From: Bacteroidales bacterium
GTDB lineage: Bacteria; Bacteroidota; Bacteroidia; Bacteroidales; UBA3663
Length of the DNA: 64,000 nt
Direction: 5' to 3'
Assembly (NCBI GenBank): GCA_045640225.1
Contig: JAZUEP010000136.1
Location: 13,771 to 77,770, forward strand
A model generated the notes under the pieces. It saw only the letters and a list, made by a program, of their open reading frames with translations. It was not told the origin of the DNA and searched no databases. Made by a program: the position numbers and the translations under genes. Every line of letters begins with the position of its first letter. The stretch's first letter is position 1. Positions 1-10,115 of the stretch are shown one piece after another.

Positions 1-235
1 CGTTAGGGACGTTCATGACGTAGACGTCGGTGAGTTGTGTGACGAAGCCTGCCTGGCGCAACAGGCGGTCGGCCTTCGAGGTATTGTCGGTAAGAAGACG
101 TAAGGTACCATGCTCGGGGGCATCCTCGATGCTGTACGAGAGGATGTTGATATGGTTGTCGGCAAGGGTCTGGAAGACCTGCCAACTGGCGCCTGCACGG
201 TTGGGAATTTCGGCGCTGACCTGCTTGATGATCAT
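1..235 (-). CDS. ACT domain-containing protein (partial; C-terminal part runs off the window)
   Basis: Absent from the ORF track because it has no in-window stop. My translation from the ATG at 235 is MIIKQVSAEIPNRAGASWQVFQTLADNHINILSYSIEDAPEHGTLRLLTDNTSKADRLLRQAGF..., which looks like a small ligand-binding ACT fold. A TATCTTTG box lies 42 nt upstream. Confidence 0.6.
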   Translation of the reverse strand, partial: MIIKQVSAEIPNRAGASWQVFQTLADNHINILSYSIEDAPEHGTLRLLTDNTSKADRLLRQAGFVTQLTDVYVMNVPN

Positions 236-277
236 ATTAAACGTACGTTTAAGAAAGAATAGATATTGAAAACGGGG

Positions 278-285
278 CAAAGATA
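278..285 (-). promoter_or_regulatory. Bacteroidota -7 promoter box (TATCTTTG) for the ACT-domain gene
   Basis: Plus strand reads CAAAGATA. The reverse complement TATCTTTG matches the TAnnTTTG consensus, 42 nt upstream of the ATG at 235. Confidence 0.45.
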
Positions 286-359
286 ATGTGTTTTTCGGTA
301 CAATGCAAAAAAAATGGCGTTTTTTTGCGGTTTTTGGTACAACTTTGCGGAAAAATCAG

Positions 360-367
360 TATCTTTG
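360..367 (+). promoter_or_regulatory. Bacteroidota -7 promoter box (TATCTTTG)
   Basis: TATCTTTG followed by CAGCC, 106 nt upstream of the ATG at 474. Confidence 0.45.
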
Positions 368-473
368 CAGCCTAAATAGCCTTGTTTCGCGAAGCGAGAT
401 GAAGGGGTTTCGGCCCTGACATCGGAAAGGAGCGGTACGAGGAATGTAGCACAACTTATCAGATTAGAGCACG

Positions 474-1115
474 ATGAAAAAGACCCTACTGACACTATCG
501 ATGACCCTGGGCGTACTGACCGCGGCCCAGGCACAGCAGCCGGAGTTTGCAAAGCTGCCTGCAACGGACGAGGCAAAGACCTGGTTCGAAGCGGGGAAAT
601 GGGCGCAAGGCTTCGGGGTAAAACCCTTCGAGCACATCGACGTGCAGACCTTCTACGAGCAGTATCAGAAGGCACCACAGATGTGGGACTCGATATTCAG
701 CTGGCTGGCATCGGTCGACCCGATACAGATGGAGACGAGCAACAAGGCGATGGCGTGGAGCCATGCGTACGTGAAGGTGCTGGACCAGGCCCTGCGCACA
801 CCCGAGAACTGCCAGTGGGAACAGCATCGGAAGACGATAGACCTGCAGTGGGACGTGACGGGCTCGGAACGCTACCACATGACGCATTCGCCTGAGTGCC
901 TGGAGGCGCGCAACGAATATAATGAGAAGAAGGACGTGCAGAACTTCGGCTGGAACAAGAAGGCGGTGCCTACGGCCGAGGAGTGTCTGGTGATGGATTC
1001 GGATCCGGGGCACTTCTACCTGTTCTTCCCGAACGACATCCATCAGGCCACCGGCATCGGCCAGCAGCCTTGTACACCGAGGAAGGTGGTGGTGAAGATA
1101 GAATGGATGGAGTGA
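474..1115 (+). CDS. Secreted YhcH/YjgK/YiaL (DUF386, EbgC-like) family protein
   Basis: N-terminal signal peptide MKKTLLTLSMTLGVLTAAQAQ. The family-like core is HRKTIDLQWDVTGSERY ... GHFYLFFPNDIHQ. Confidence 0.65.
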   Translation: MKKTLLTLSMTLGVLTAAQAQQPEFAKLPATDEAKTWFEAGKWAQGFGVKPFEHIDVQTFYEQYQKAPQMWDSIFSWLASVDPIQMETSNKAMAWSHAYVKVLDQALRTPENCQWEQHRKTIDLQWDVTGSERYHMTHSPECLEARNEYNEKKDVQNFGWNKKAVPTAEECLVMDSDPGHFYLFFPNDIHQATGIGQQPCTPRKVVVKIEWME

Positions 1116-1245
1116 GGAAGGCCGCGGGAACGGAGGCAGAAACAAGGAACTGAAAGAAGGCCCGCTAGAAAACTCTAAGGACCGGAGGCAGAGACTGGCC
1201 GAAAGTCAAGATGTAATACAAGAAAACTGAGAACAAGGGACGAGG

Positions 1246-3576
1246 ATGTATAGCCTGGAAGCATTCAACAGACGCGATGTGAACGATCAGGAGAGCCTGA
1301 GCGAGGCGCTGGCGTGGGCATCGTATAAATACTATATAGATAACGATCCACCGATGTCGGACTATGAGTTCGACATGGAGTTCAAGCAACTGCAGGCGCT
1401 GGAGAAGGCATCGGGCATCGTGTTGCCCAACAGCCCTACCCAACGCGTGGGATCGGACCTGCAGGGCGGCTTCGAGAAGCATCGGCACGTGATACCGATG
1501 CAGTCGATCGAGAACGTGTATACGGACGAGGAGCTGCAACAATGGCTGGTATCGACACGGCAGAAGCTGCAGACCGCCTTCCCGGGCGAGGAAATCACCT
1601 TCACCTACGAGCCGAAGTACGACGGTCTGTCGATCTCGCTGGTATATACGAACGGCGAGCTGACGGACGCGGTGACGCGCGGCAACCAGGTGGAAGGCGA
1701 ATCGGTAATTGCCAATGTCAGAACCATCCGGAACGTACCATTGAGGGCCCAGTGGAAGGAAGGAAAGGAGGAAAGCGAGGCGACAGCGAAGGCCGAAGGA
1801 AAGGCAACGGCCGAAAACGTGGCTAAGGCTAAGGCCGAAGGCTTCAGCGACTCGCTGTTCAGCGATGAGGACTTTGAAGATCGGTCGGTGTTTCCGGCCG
1901 ATTCCAAGGCGACAAGCGAAGATAAGGCCGCGGACGAGATCGAAAGCGAACCGAAGTCGGTACGAAAAGAACTGCCGCCATACTTCGAAGTGAGAGGCGA
2001 GGTACTGATGCCACAGGGAGCGTTCGAGCGACTGAATGCAGAGAAGGCTGAGAACGGCGAGAAACCCTTTGCGAACAAGCGAAATGCGGCAAGCGGCTCG
2101 CTGAAGCAGTTGGATCCGAAGGTGACGGCCCGACGCGGACTGGTGGTGAATGCCTATGCGGCCTACTCGACGGACGAGGCTTTCCAGCGCGAGGTGCTTT
2201 CGTCGCAGGCGGTGACCCTCGAGCTGCTGGGCGAGCTGGGCTTCGACTACTACCATACGCCTGGACAACAGGCCTTCAGCAACCTGGAGGAACTGACAGC
2301 GGCCATCAACGCCTTCGACAAGGTGCGTAAGAGCGGGGAGTTGCCATACGACTGCGATGGCGTGGTGGTGAAGGTGAACGAGCGCAGGCACCAGGAGTAC
2401 CTGGGCCTGAACACGACCTTCCCGAACTGGTGCAAGGCGAGAAAGTTCCCACAGGAGGCACAGTCGACCCTGGTGCGCGGCATTACCTATCAGGTAGGCA
2501 TGACGGGACACATCACGCCCGTGGCCGAGCTGGAGCCGACGACGATATCGGGATCGGTAGTTTCGCGCGCTACGTTGAACAACGAATCGTACATGCGACA
2601 GCTGGGCATTCGCGTCGGGGCGTACGTGTTCGTACAGAAGGCTGGCGAGGTGATCCCGCAGGTGATTGGCCTGGATAACGAACGCATGCAGGCCGAAGGC
2701 ATTGCACCCACGGACAGCCAGACGGACGAGAGCCTCTTCCCTACCCTCTGCCCCTGCTGCCAGACGAGGCTGGAGAAGAAGGGCGAGTACTGGATCTGCC
2801 CGAACCACCACTGTCGCGAGCAGGCGATACAACGACTGGAATACTGGTGCGGCAAGGACTGCGCCAACATCAAAGGCCTGGGTCCGAACGTGCTGGCCGA
2901 CCTGTACGACAAGCTTCACGTCGAGACAGTGGACGACCTGTACCGCGTGTTCGTGACCGAGGCTCGGACCTGGGAGCCAGACATCTTCACACCCGACTAT
3001 GGCATCTACCTGCAGCAAACCCTGGGCGAAGGTTACGCCGAGAAGTCGGTAAGCCTGATGCTGACGGGCATTGAGCAGAGCATCGCACAACTGACCCTGG
3101 ACCGCATCATCGGAGGCCTGGGCATCGATGGTGTAGGCAAGATCACGGGACGACAGCTGGCCGAGCACTTCGGCACGTGGGAGCAGTTCCGTGCAGCCAC
3201 GATGAGCGACCTGCTGGCCGTGGACCAGATAGGCGAAGTGATGGCTCGCAACATCCTGGAGGCCGACCTGAGCGGTTATACCTGCATAGACGATGCGGAA
3301 CTGGGCTTTGCGCGGCAATACCAGACAGCCGAACGATTAGGATCGGCCTTGGAGGGGTTGACCATCATCTTCACCGGAACGAGCTATCGCTTCAAGCGCG
3401 ACGAGATCAAGGCCTTCTTCACGGGACACGGAGCAAAGTACGTGGGCTCGGTGAGCGGAAAGGTGAGCTTCGTGGTGACAGGTGACGCACCCGGCCAGAA
3501 CAAGCTGGACAAGGCACGCCAGCTGGGAGTGGAAGTGATAGGCGAACGCGAGTTCTATGAGCGGTTCGGGCTGTAG
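1246..3576 (+). CDS. ligA: NAD-dependent DNA ligase LigA carrying an internal low-complexity insertion
   Basis: Adenylation motif EPKYDGLSISL, then VTRGNQVEGE, FEVRGEVLM and the Zn-finger cysteines CPCC...CPNHHC, with a C-terminal BRCT-like TIIFTGT...GAKYVGSVSGKVSFVVTGDAPGQNKLDKARQLGVEVI. At 776 aa it is about 100 aa longer than typical LigA. Confidence 0.95.
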   Translation: MYSLEAFNRRDVNDQESLSEALAWASYKYYIDNDPPMSDYEFDMEFKQLQALEKASGIVLPNSPTQRVGSDLQGGFEKHRHVIPMQSIENVYTDEELQQWLVSTRQKLQTAFPGEEITFTYEPKYDGLSISLVYTNGELTDAVTRGNQVEGESVIANVRTIRNVPLRAQWKEGKEESEATAKAEGKATAENVAKAKAEGFSDSLFSDEDFEDRSVFPADSKATSEDKAADEIESEPKSVRKELPPYFEVRGEVLMPQGAFERLNAEKAENGEKPFANKRNAASGSLKQLDPKVTARRGLVVNAYAAYSTDEAFQREVLSSQAVTLELLGELGFDYYHTPGQQAFSNLEELTAAINAFDKVRKSGELPYDCDGVVVKVNERRHQEYLGLNTTFPNWCKARKFPQEAQSTLVRGITYQVGMTGHITPVAELEPTTISGSVVSRATLNNESYMRQLGIRVGAYVFVQKAGEVIPQVIGLDNERMQAEGIAPTDSQTDESLFPTLCPCCQTRLEKKGEYWICPNHHCREQAIQRLEYWCGKDCANIKGLGPNVLADLYDKLHVETVDDLYRVFVTEARTWEPDIFTPDYGIYLQQTLGEGYAEKSVSLMLTGIEQSIAQLTLDRIIGGLGIDGVGKITGRQLAEHFGTWEQFRAATMSDLLAVDQIGEVMARNILEADLSGYTCIDDAELGFARQYQTAERLGSALEGLTIIFTGTSYRFKRDEIKAFFTGHGAKYVGSVSGKVSFVVTGDAPGQNKLDKARQLGVEVIGEREFYERFGL

Positions 3577-3737
3577 GTAAGGCCGAGGATGGCCGAAGGG
3601 AACCCGGGAAAGCCGCGAGAACGGGGGGACAAAGACGACACGAAAAAGAAGAAAAAGAGAGGCCCGCTGAAAAGCAGAACGAAAGCTGAAGGGGCTGAAC
3701 TGTATATCAATCCTTATTATCAATTTATTAAATTCAG

Positions 3738-6700
3738 ATGAAACGAAAAGTATCAATCTCGATGATGGCGCTGTGTGGAGTGGCTGCGATTGCCACGGCA
3801 TACAATAGCCCACGAATCGAGGCAATGTTGCAGAACGGCCTGTCGACCGACAACGCTGCACGCAATGCCGGCAAGAAGACGATGACCGTCGTCAACCAGT
3901 CGGCACGTCCAGGAACTCGCCTCGTGCAGCCCATGGGACACAACAACACACATCGTATCGCTGCCGCACCCAACATGGCCGACAGCCTGGTGTTCTACGG
4001 TCTGAAGTACAACGACCAGGGCTACAACGACATCGCTGGCGGTCCGTACAATGTGATCGGATGGCGCGGTGCCAAGGACCAGAAGAAGTGGGACGTGTCG
4101 CCCGAGATTCAGACAGGCGCTGCTGCCTGTTATGCAAAGGGTAAGTTCTATACCTTCGAAGCCAACGACAAGGAAGAGCTTCACATGTATACCTACGATG
4201 CCGAAACATGGAAGCTGGAATCGGACGACATCGTGGCCACCTCAGGCGTCCTGCGCCAGGTAGCTGCCTATAACCCTACGAACGGCAAGGCCTACGTCAT
4301 GGCATGGGGTGACCTGGACTGGGACACATGGGTAACGATGCGCCCAATCTTCGAGGTTGACCTCGAGGCCAAGAGCGCACACGAGATTGGCGGCCGCCTG
4401 GAGCAGCTGTTCATCCAGACAATGTTCTTCGACAACGAGGGCCAGTGCTATGGCATCCCTTACAACGAGAACGAGCTGTACAAGATCAGCCTGGAGGACG
4501 CCTCGTACGAGAAGGTCTGCGACCTGGACCTGCCCTTCCCTAAGACGGCACATTCGATGTCGGCCGTAACGGATCCGGTCACGAACCTGACCTACTGGGC
4601 CGTACCAAGCAACGAGACGAGCGAGAACTTCGGTCACTCGTACCTCTATACCATCGACCGCCAGACCGGCCACTGCGAGCTGGTAGGCCAGCTGCCTAAC
4701 AACGAGCACGTGCTGGGCCTCTACCTGAAGTATGCCGAGCCAGCATCGCCAGCCGCTGCCAGCAACTTCGGCTTTGCCGACGGACAGCTGACCTTCACGG
4801 TGCCGACCACCACCTACTGCTCGGGCGAGGAACTGAGCGACGAGTTGAAGGCCTGCATCGTAATTGACGGTGGCGAAGAGGAACAGTATACCGTCGAGCC
4901 AGGCCAGACGGCCAGCATCGCCATGGAACTGAGCGAGGGCTTCCATCAGTTCAACGTACGCATCAGCAATGCCGCCGGACACGGTGCAGAGCGCGTATTC
5001 GACGCCTTCGTGGGCAATGACGCTCCATCGGCCTCGACCGACGTACAGCTCGAGATCGTGGACGGTGTAGCCACCCTGACCTGGAAGGCCGCAACGACCT
5101 CGGTGAACGGTGGCCCATACGACGACGCATCGGTACACTACACCATCACCCGCTACCCTGAGGACATGGTAGTAGCCGAGGGCCTGCAGGAGACCACCTA
5201 TACCGAAGCCGTGAGCGATGCGCGTGCACACTATCAGTACAAGGTAACCGCCTTTGCAGGCGAGACCGAGGGCGAATCAGCCCTGTCGAACGAGGTAGCC
5301 TATGGCTCGGTATGGTACGCACCTTATACCGAGGAATTCAAGTATGATTCTGACTTTGCCACCTTCAAGATCCACGACGGACGCGGCGATGATCACAACA
5401 CGCCTGACCAGAGCACCTGGTGGTGGCTGGAGTCGCAGCAGAAGGCATACCTGTCGGGTTGCGGCTCATGGAATCCTGACTTGGGCGAGTTTGGCGGCTA
5501 CGGCATGGACGACTGGCTGATTTCGCCAGCCATCGCACTGAAGGCCGGTCAGGACTATCGCGTACGTTACGACTTCGAGGCCATCAGCGTGCCTGAGCAC
5601 CTGGAGCTGTACCTGAGCAAGGGCACTGACGTGGACGGCGAGTTGACCCTGCTGAACGAGGCCACCATCAGCTGGGAGGACGAATCGACCTGGAAGCGTT
5701 GCGAGATCTTCAGCGTCGAGGAAGACGGTCTGTATCACCTGATGTGGCGCGACAATACCCCGGTAGCCAGCTATAGCCTGATGCTGGACAACATTCGCTT
5801 CGACGTCTATGCCAACTATGAGGCACCTGCCGCAGTAGCCGAACTGACCGCAACCGCTGCAGAAGGCACCGCCCTGGAGAATACCCTGACCTTCACCGCT
5901 CCGACCCAGACCTACAAGGGCGAGACCCTGAGCAACATTGAGCGCATCGACATCTACCGCAACGGCAGCCGCAAGGCCACTTATACCTTCGAGTCACCAG
6001 CACCGGGCGCACAGCTCGCATGGACTGACACCGAGTGCGGCAACGGTATGAACGAGTACCGCGTCGTGGCCTACAATGCAGCAGGCCAGGGCCAGGAAGC
6101 CGTGATCAGCAACTGGGTAGGCCTCGACATCCCTGCACAGGTAGTGCTGACCAGCTACTACATGAACGACCAGAACCAGGCCGTCGTAAGCTGGGAGGCT
6201 GTAGGCAACCGCGGCATCCACGGTGGCTTTGTCGATCCGACGGACGTCACCTATTCGCTGTGCTGCTACGAGGAGTGGAACTGGGATGATCACTGGCCAG
6301 CCGTCAAGCAAGGCCTGACCGAGACCACCGCTACCGACGACGTAACCCAGATGTGGTGGCAGGACATGAAGAAGTACCTGGTACGCGCCACGAATGCTGC
6401 CGGCACCAACGACGGCACCCAGTTCGCCATCGCTCTGGGCGACGCTTATCAGACGCCATTCTGCGAGTCGTTCGCATGGGGCTTTGCTGGCAATTCGCCA
6501 TGGACCCTGTTCGCCGATTCGTACTACTATGCCTGGAACATCACCGACGGCTCGGGCATGGCCGTAAAGCCATACGATGACGACAACGGCATGTTGAGTT
6601 GGCAATACATCCAGGACGAAAGTAATACCCAGCGCATGCAGGGTCCACGCGTATCGATCGTAGATCTGGAGCAGCCAGAGCTGTCGTTCATGATGTGGCA

Positions 6701-8282
6701 TGGCTTCGAGGCCGACCCTGAGGACGTAGTGCTGCATGTACTGGCCAACGTGAACGACGAGGGCTTCGAAGAGCTGGGCATCGTGGACTACAACAACGGT
6801 GCCGAGGGCTGGGCACGCGCCTCGTTCCTGCTGCCTGCTGGCATCGTAGCCCCTGAAGGCCATGCCGCCAGCAACGTACAGATAGCCTTCGTGGCCGAGG
6901 CCCTGTTGCCAACAGCATCGGTATTCATCGACCAGATCAAGATAGGTGAAGGCGTACCATGCGACCTTGCAGCCATCGGCATCAGCGGTGCTAAGCGCAT
7001 CGAGGCAGGAGAGACCGCCAAGCTGCAGATTGCTGTGGCCAACTACGGCACATCGGTAGCCGAGGGCTATCAGGTAGTACTGCACGCCACGGTAGACGGC
7101 GAGGCCATGGCCGACGTCATCCTGACCGACAATGGCAACGCCCTGAACCCAGGCCAGAGCACGACCTATACGACCGAAGTGGCTCCTGCACGCTCGTTGG
7201 CAGGCAAGACCGTGGTATACACGGCCGAGGTAATCACAGAAGGCGACGCAAATGCCGAGAACAACCTGACATCGGCTCTGAAGATGCTGATCCACGGTTC
7301 GACACTGCCTGTAGCCGAGGACCTCAAGGCCGAAGCCGCGAACGAGGGCGGCATCGTACTGACCTGGCAGGCACCATCGCGCAACGAGATTACCGATCCG
7401 GTGAACGATGACTTCGAGGATTACGAGTCGTTCATCATCGACGAAATCGGCGACTGGCTGACCTACGATGGTGACGGCAACATTCCTGTCTACTTCAGCG
7501 GTCCGGAGATTCCTCACTGCTTCGACCTGAAGGCTTGGCAGGTATGGAGTCCGGAAGAGGCCGGCTTCAGCACCGAGAAGTTCGACGTGCTGGTGGCACA
7601 TTCAGGCAACAAGTACCTGACCTCGTGGACCGGTTCGGACGGTGCAACCACCACTCTGCCAACCGAAGACTGGCTGATTTCGGCCGACGTACAGGGCGGC
7701 ACGGACGTAAACTTCTATGTGCGCGTTCCGAATGCTGGCTCGGATCCTCAGGGTATCCGCATGATGTACTCGACCACCGACCAGGAGCCAGAGTCGTTCG
7801 TCGAATTTGACAGCGATGAGATTGTTGGCACGACCGAGTGGGTATACCTGTCGTACACCCTGCCAGCCGATGCACGCTACTTTGCCGTCGTGGCCTACAA
7901 CAATGGTGGTATGTGCACGGTGATCGCACTGGACGATATCGAGTTCACCCCACTCTATGGCGCAACGACCAAGCTCACACTGAAGGGTTACAACGTATAC
8001 CGCAATGACGAGCTGATCGCCAGCGAGGTAGAGGAGACCACCTTCGTCGACACCACCGCCGAGGCCGAACTGAACAGCTACAACGTAACGGCAGTATGGG
8101 CCGAGGGCGAGTCGAACTACAGCAACACGGCCGAGGCCAACGCCATCGTCGGACTTGACCGCATCGAGAAGGCCGAGGCCGAGCGCCAGACCTACAACAT
8201 GGCCGGACAGCGCGTCAACGCTACCGAACGCGGTGCCTACATCACCCGCCAGGGCAATGAGGTACGCAAGCTGATCAAGTAA
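3738..8282 (+). CDS. Very large T9SS-secreted surface protein (choice-of-anchor-J-like, FN3-like and CARDB-like modules)
   Basis: 1514 aa with a signal peptide. DDWLISPAIAL and EDWLISADV are typical of choice-of-anchor J modules. There are repeated Ig/FN3-like segments and a CARDB-like DLAAIGISGAKRIEAGETAKLQIAVANYG. The tail ...YNMAGQRVNATERGAYITRQGNEVRKLIK resembles a T9SS C-terminal sorting domain. Confidence 0.8.
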   Translation: MKRKVSISMMALCGVAAIATAYNSPRIEAMLQNGLSTDNAARNAGKKTMTVVNQSARPGTRLVQPMGHNNTHRIAAAPNMADSLVFYGLKYNDQGYNDIAGGPYNVIGWRGAKDQKKWDVSPEIQTGAAACYAKGKFYTFEANDKEELHMYTYDAETWKLESDDIVATSGVLRQVAAYNPTNGKAYVMAWGDLDWDTWVTMRPIFEVDLEAKSAHEIGGRLEQLFIQTMFFDNEGQCYGIPYNENELYKISLEDASYEKVCDLDLPFPKTAHSMSAVTDPVTNLTYWAVPSNETSENFGHSYLYTIDRQTGHCELVGQLPNNEHVLGLYLKYAEPASPAAASNFGFADGQLTFTVPTTTYCSGEELSDELKACIVIDGGEEEQYTVEPGQTASIAMELSEGFHQFNVRISNAAGHGAERVFDAFVGNDAPSASTDVQLEIVDGVATLTWKAATTSVNGGPYDDASVHYTITRYPEDMVVAEGLQETTYTEAVSDARAHYQYKVTAFAGETEGESALSNEVAYGSVWYAPYTEEFKYDSDFATFKIHDGRGDDHNTPDQSTWWWLESQQKAYLSGCGSWNPDLGEFGGYGMDDWLISPAIALKAGQDYRVRYDFEAISVPEHLELYLSKGTDVDGELTLLNEATISWEDESTWKRCEIFSVEEDGLYHLMWRDNTPVASYSLMLDNIRFDVYANYEAPAAVAELTATAAEGTALENTLTFTAPTQTYKGETLSNIERIDIYRNGSRKATYTFESPAPGAQLAWTDTECGNGMNEYRVVAYNAAGQGQEAVISNWVGLDIPAQVVLTSYYMNDQNQAVVSWEAVGNRGIHGGFVDPTDVTYSLCCYEEWNWDDHWPAVKQGLTETTATDDVTQMWWQDMKKYLVRATNAAGTNDGTQFAIALGDAYQTPFCESFAWGFAGNSPWTLFADSYYYAWNITDGSGMAVKPYDDDNGMLSWQYIQDESNTQRMQGPRVSIVDLEQPELSFMMWHGFEADPEDVVLHVLANVNDEGFEELGIVDYNNGAEGWARASFLLPAGIVAPEGHAASNVQIAFVAEALLPTASVFIDQIKIGEGVPCDLAAIGISGAKRIEAGETAKLQIAVANYGTSVAEGYQVVLHATVDGEAMADVILTDNGNALNPGQSTTYTTEVAPARSLAGKTVVYTAEVITEGDANAENNLTSALKMLIHGSTLPVAEDLKAEAANEGGIVLTWQAPSRNEITDPVNDDFEDYESFIIDEIGDWLTYDGDGNIPVYFSGPEIPHCFDLKAWQVWSPEEAGFSTEKFDVLVAHSGNKYLTSWTGSDGATTTLPTEDWLISADVQGGTDVNFYVRVPNAGSDPQGIRMMYSTTDQEPESFVEFDSDEIVGTTEWVYLSYTLPADARYFAVVAYNNGGMCTVIALDDIEFTPLYGATTKLTLKGYNVYRNDELIASEVEETTFVDTTAEAELNSYNVTAVWAEGESNYSNTAEANAIVGLDRIEKAEAERQTYNMAGQRVNATERGAYITRQGNEVRKLIK

Positions 8283-8302
8283 CACCATCGCACATAAAAA
8301 CG

Positions 8303-8355
8303 GAAGGGGCCGTGCCTGCAAAGCGCCCTGCCGTGCCATCGGGCACAGCCCCTTC
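8303..8355 (+). terminator. Putative stem-loop terminator after the 1514-aa gene
   Basis: GAAGGGGCCGTGCC (8303-8316) pairs with GGCACAGCCCCTTC (8342-8355) with 1 mismatch. It is followed by a pyrimidine-rich TCTCCTTTCTT, which is not a clean U-run. Confidence 0.35.
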
Positions 8356-8381
8356 TCTCCTTTCTTACGTCTTCGAACGAG

Positions 8382-10100
8382 ATGAAACACTTTCTAATTC
8401 TGGTCCTCGCGACCATCCTCCTCGGTACGGCCAATGCCCAGGTGGAACTATCGTACTGTACACACGACATCGAACAAGGATTCGGGTCGGAGGGCACGAT
8501 CTACACGCCCTACGTGCAGTTTCCGGCACAGACGGTAAAGCCCTATGAAGGAGCGACCGTCACCCGTATACTCATCGGACTGAAATCGGACGTCACGAAT
8601 GTGACTATCTACATAAAGAACTCACCTCTGGACAATCGTCCCCTGTACTCACAGCAGGTAGGCCAACTAGCTGCCGGATGGAACGAGGTGACACTGGACG
8701 AACCCTACACCCTACCTGCCGACCAGGATCTGGCCATCGGCTACCGGGCTCGCCTGACGAAGAATGGCGGCATAGGCTACAGCACGGAACACAATTCGCT
8801 GGCCGACCAGATCTACATCAACCAGTCGGCCCAATGGACCACCTGTGGCGGTTCGATCTGCCTCCGTGCGGTGCTCGAAGGCGACTGCCTACCTACCACC
8901 GAAATGGTACTTGACCGCATCGCCGACCGTAGTGTTGATCCGCTCGACGACAATATCAGTCTACTGGGCATTGTACACAACATGGGCACAGCCGAGGTCA
9001 CAAGCTACACCCTTGCCTGTCGCATCGACGACACGGACTTCGAGCCGCAGACTTTCAGCTGCCAACTGCCCACCAATGCGGCCGACACCTTCCTGCTTAC
9101 TCTACCCAACGGTCTCGCCATGGGTCAGCATACAGCCACTGTCAGCCTCCTCGAAGTGAATGGTAAGACTGACGCTTACGAGCCGAACAATCACACTACA
9201 TTCAGCCTTAACGTGCCTGATCGCCGCTTCTCGCGTCGCGTCGTATGCGAAGAGTACACAGGCCTCTGGTGCGGTTGGTGCCCACGTGGCCTTGTCGGCC
9301 TCGAGCTGATGAAGGAACTGAAAGGCGACCGTTTCATAGCCATCAGCATCCATGGCGGCATGGGCGATCAGCTTGAGATTCCAGCCGATAGTTCGTACTC
9401 ATACTATGACTTCTGGGCAACGATCCCCGGAGCACCGTCCAGCAAACTTGACCGTCGTTTGTCTGGCGACCCGTTCTACGACATCGAGCGCCTTTACGCG
9501 ATGGAGACTGCCACCGACTGTCACATTGCGGTAGAATCCAAGGTCTGCTGGACGGCCGATTCTATGCAACTCGACGTCTGCACACAGCTCATTGCCGATG
9601 CCGACTTCGACGTATCGCCCTACAATGTAGCCTACGTCGTGCTCGAGGATTCAATCACAGGTTATTGGCAGACCAACTACTACAGTGGTGAGGACTATCC
9701 CTTCTATGGTTGGGAGCAGAAGGACCGTTATACGAATGACGTTGTCTTTGACGATGTGGCACGCGGCATCTTCGGCTCCGTCCAGGGGACGCCTTACACT
9801 TCGGATCCTATCATGGCGTTGCAACCTGTCGAGCATGTGGCCAACATCGCCTTACCAGCCGAGGTCAGCAATCGTCGCCAAGTACATGTAGCCACACTCA
9901 TCATCGACTCACGTACCGGCTACATTGCCAATGGACACAATACATGGCCTGAGGGTAACGGATCGGATGTCATAAATCACGTTCGTCCCGTCGTCCCCGC
10001 TCATGCTATTCCTACCTTCAACCTCATGGGCCAACGCGTCGCCTCGGGGCACCAAGGCTTTGAGGTCAGCAACGGCCGCATACACAGCATACATTATTAA
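8382..10100 (+). CDS. Omp28-related / thioredoxin-like CxxC surface protein, probable T9SS cargo
   Basis: Signal peptide MKHFLILVLATILLGTANA. EEYTGLWCGWCPRG is a thioredoxin-type CxxC in the context seen in Omp28-related proteins. The tail ...FNLMGQRVASGHQGFEVSNGRIHSIHY is CTD-like. Confidence 0.55.
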   Translation: MKHFLILVLATILLGTANAQVELSYCTHDIEQGFGSEGTIYTPYVQFPAQTVKPYEGATVTRILIGLKSDVTNVTIYIKNSPLDNRPLYSQQVGQLAAGWNEVTLDEPYTLPADQDLAIGYRARLTKNGGIGYSTEHNSLADQIYINQSAQWTTCGGSICLRAVLEGDCLPTTEMVLDRIADRSVDPLDDNISLLGIVHNMGTAEVTSYTLACRIDDTDFEPQTFSCQLPTNAADTFLLTLPNGLAMGQHTATVSLLEVNGKTDAYEPNNHTTFSLNVPDRRFSRRVVCEEYTGLWCGWCPRGLVGLELMKELKGDRFIAISIHGGMGDQLEIPADSSYSYYDFWATIPGAPSSKLDRRLSGDPFYDIERLYAMETATDCHIAVESKVCWTADSMQLDVCTQLIADADFDVSPYNVAYVVLEDSITGYWQTNYYSGEDYPFYGWEQKDRYTNDVVFDDVARGIFGSVQGTPYTSDPIMALQPVEHVANIALPAEVSNRRQVHVATLIIDSRTGYIANGHNTWPEGNGSDVINHVRPVVPAHAIPTFNLMGQRVASGHQGFEVSNGRIHSIHY

Positions 10101-10115
10101 TATAATATACAACTG

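Noticed and set aside
1165-3318. A 717-aa ORF antisense to ligA.
   Set aside because: It fully overlaps a confidently identified ligA. The translation is Arg/Leu/His/Val-rich with no recognisable motif. This is the typical shadow ORF produced when the sense gene has strong G/C third-position bias.
5994-7601. A 535-aa ORF antisense to the large T9SS cargo gene, plus many 60-330-aa ORFs in other frames across 3738-8282.
   Set aside because: It has the same shadow-ORF signature: low complexity, no motifs, and nested in a gene with clear domain content and export signals.
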